A program made the translations under genes and the position numbers. The notes below the pieces were generated by a model. That model saw only the letters and a program-made list of their open reading frames with translations. It was not told where the DNA came from and did no database searches. A DNA stretch of 64,000 bases, taken from the NCBI RefSeq assembly GCF_964355755.1, contig NC_092676.1, forward strand, positions 20,230,871 through 20,294,870. Reading direction: 5' to 3'. How positions within the stretch are numbered: position 1 is the stretch's first letter; every line of letters starts with the position of its first letter. Of this stretch, positions 61,986 to 64,000 are shown one piece after another. The DNA is from Antedon mediterranea (lineage: Eukaryota; Animalia; Echinodermata).

Positions 61986-63547
61986 ACAAGTGAAACACAT
62001 AAGAATATGTGTCATTATCCCTCTGCATATTAAGTCGCATTCAAGTATGAGACTTTAAAAGTAGCCAATGAAAACGGCCCTCGCTAATTACAAATAAAGA
62101 AGTAACTATGTAGAAGGGAAAAATGTAAAATTTAGTACTATATTTTAAATAGACTGATGACGTAATCTTGACCAGGATTTATACCTAGACCTTTATACAT
62201 GATGGTCGTCACAACACCCTGATTGATCCGGATCTATATTGACTGTTTATACTTCCTATGTTTGGACACAAGGATATATTTCATTTTAGCTGTCAAATTT
62301 CTAACGAACTATTCCGTTATATCAATTACTATTAAACGGATGTGTTATCTATTTGATGATGACATGCTTTCAGTGGATTTACTGCATGCTAGTTCGATTG
62401 ACCAGACGAGTTACGCAATAACCTCACACTTCCTAATTTTGTCAGACAACTACTATACGTGCGATAAAAATGGTACGGTTTGACGCATGCGCGCATCTCT
62501 TCTTTTTCCTATTAACTGTTTAGATTTGAAGATAGTCCTAATAATGTATTAACCATTTTATAACGAACTGTAATCAATCAAGTTTCTTTTTTTCAATGAT
62601 AAGACAAAATAGTAAAAAGCATAAAAATATCAAAATTACAGAGTGAAATATTGGACAGCAAGGACGGAAAGAAAAGGCAATTACCTGCCTTTGAGCTCAA
62701 CTTCCATTTGGTTTAGAAGATATCAAGCAAATAATGTAATAAATGAATTAATATCAAAATACATAATTATAATAAATATAATACAAAGTGAAATCATTAT
62801 TAAAGATGATATAATAATTAAAAGTTGATCACATACCTAATACAAATTCTGTGACTTTAGTTTTAAAAGATTTCCTATAATTATTATACCTTATATAATT
62901 ACTTTTCGCTTAATTTCTGGTATTTTTTCTATGTCCACTTATACCGTTATATCGAATTGAAATAATTATTATTCTAGGAATACCGGTATGTATTATTAAT
63001 CTATTTTAAAGTGAAGTGCTTTCAATGACTTTAGTGATTCGGTGATTTATTTCGATTTGGAGCATCACGTTTTGTTACCAATTAAATAATTTGTCGTTGT
63101 GTTCCGGTCAAAACTTTTAAAAGGAATGTTGGCAAACAGATATTTTAGAATGATGTGCAAATATTTATGTTGGTATTTCTACCTGTTTATCCCTTTTATT
63201 GGGTATTTCTGTTATTTGCAATATTATCTGGTCAGGGTAATATTAAAGAACCCAGCGCAGGCCATGGTCATGTTCGAACATCTTCATCGAGGGGGTAAAA
63301 TACAAACATTTTTCAAAGATTCCATAATAAAGTTATTCTATTTCAGTATTTAGTATATTATGTGAATAAGATTTAGCATATGACAATCAACAGACCTTTA
63401 AGCCAACAGGTGTACGGACACCTTACTACATTCCATCGCATCAGTTCATCTATTTCTTCCTTATTCATTGTTTTTATTGAAAGATATAAACATGTTATGT
63501 AGCGGTTTCGAATACTTGGAACCCCGTTACGTTACGGGGACCTACGA

Positions 63548-64000
63548 CGAGCGAGTGACCAAGCGGTTAAAGATTGGTTCCGATTTGGACGCAACGCAGC
63601 GACGTATTGATGCAAAGTGCTGTATTTCTTAAAAATCACAAGTGAGAACCGACGACGCAAGAAGCGGGGGAAAACATATAACACAATTATTAGAAGGGCA
63701 TTTTCTTACGTTGCGTAGATTGCGTTACCTTTCGTCGCTAGTGGGGACCAAGCTTAAGACAGTGAAAACCCCATACCTTGCCATATTAACATCAAGGGTT
63801 TGAGCCTCACTCGCTCCATGTCACTGCCTCTATGGTTCTGGTTGTAGAACAAGACTTCTCAGATAAGGACTATAACCCGTATGTTCAGTGTACACATATG
63901 GCTAATGTGCAACCTTAAAGAACCCATGCGGTAGTACATCTTTCGAGACGAGTAGTCGTTACTCCGATGTAGTAGTGTACACACAACCACTGTCACACAC
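63548..64000 (+). mobile_element. Deu-like SINE interrupted by a MITE
   Basis: GAGTGACCAAGCGGTTAA [insert] TAAGACAGTG...GATAAGGACTATAACCCGTA...TTAAAGAACC...TCTTTCGAGACGAGTAG; homologous to 31127-31450. Confidence 0.8.
63571..63754. mobile_element. MITE family C (PIF/Harbinger-like), TAA TSD
   Basis: TAA|AGATTGGTTCC ... GGGACCAAGCT|TAA inside the SINE A-box region. Confidence 0.8.

Overview
AT-rich, intron-containing animal genomic DNA, not prokaryotic. The repeat repertoire (Deu-domain-like SINEs, many marine-invertebrate-type MITEs, TAGGCCTA-rich tracts) suggests an invertebrate deuterostome, probably an echinoderm; this is inference. Contents: (1) eight hand-spliced minus-strand exons (6502 to 288, continuing past the left edge) of an HSD17B12-type very-long-chain 3-oxoacyl-CoA reductase; (2) three plus-strand rhodopsin-class orphan GPCR genes with intronless CDSs (15210-16262, 21583-22500, 24356-25264), the last two a tandem duplicate with mosaic, gene-conversion-like divergence; (3) a 150-aa secreted prohormone-like gene on the minus strand with two coding exons (35638-35368 and 34727-34546), only half captured by the ORF track; (4) about 28 kb (36-64 kb) with no recognisable intact coding gene, holding minisatellites, MITEs, SINEs and LINE relics. 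Two palindromic repeats carry Penelope-type minimal hammerhead ribozyme cores. The best candidate for an undescribed system is the orphan peptide precursor lying 9 kb from, and convergent with, the diversifying GPCR cluster; any functional link is untested. No database searches were run, and family assignments rest on motif recognition and memory.
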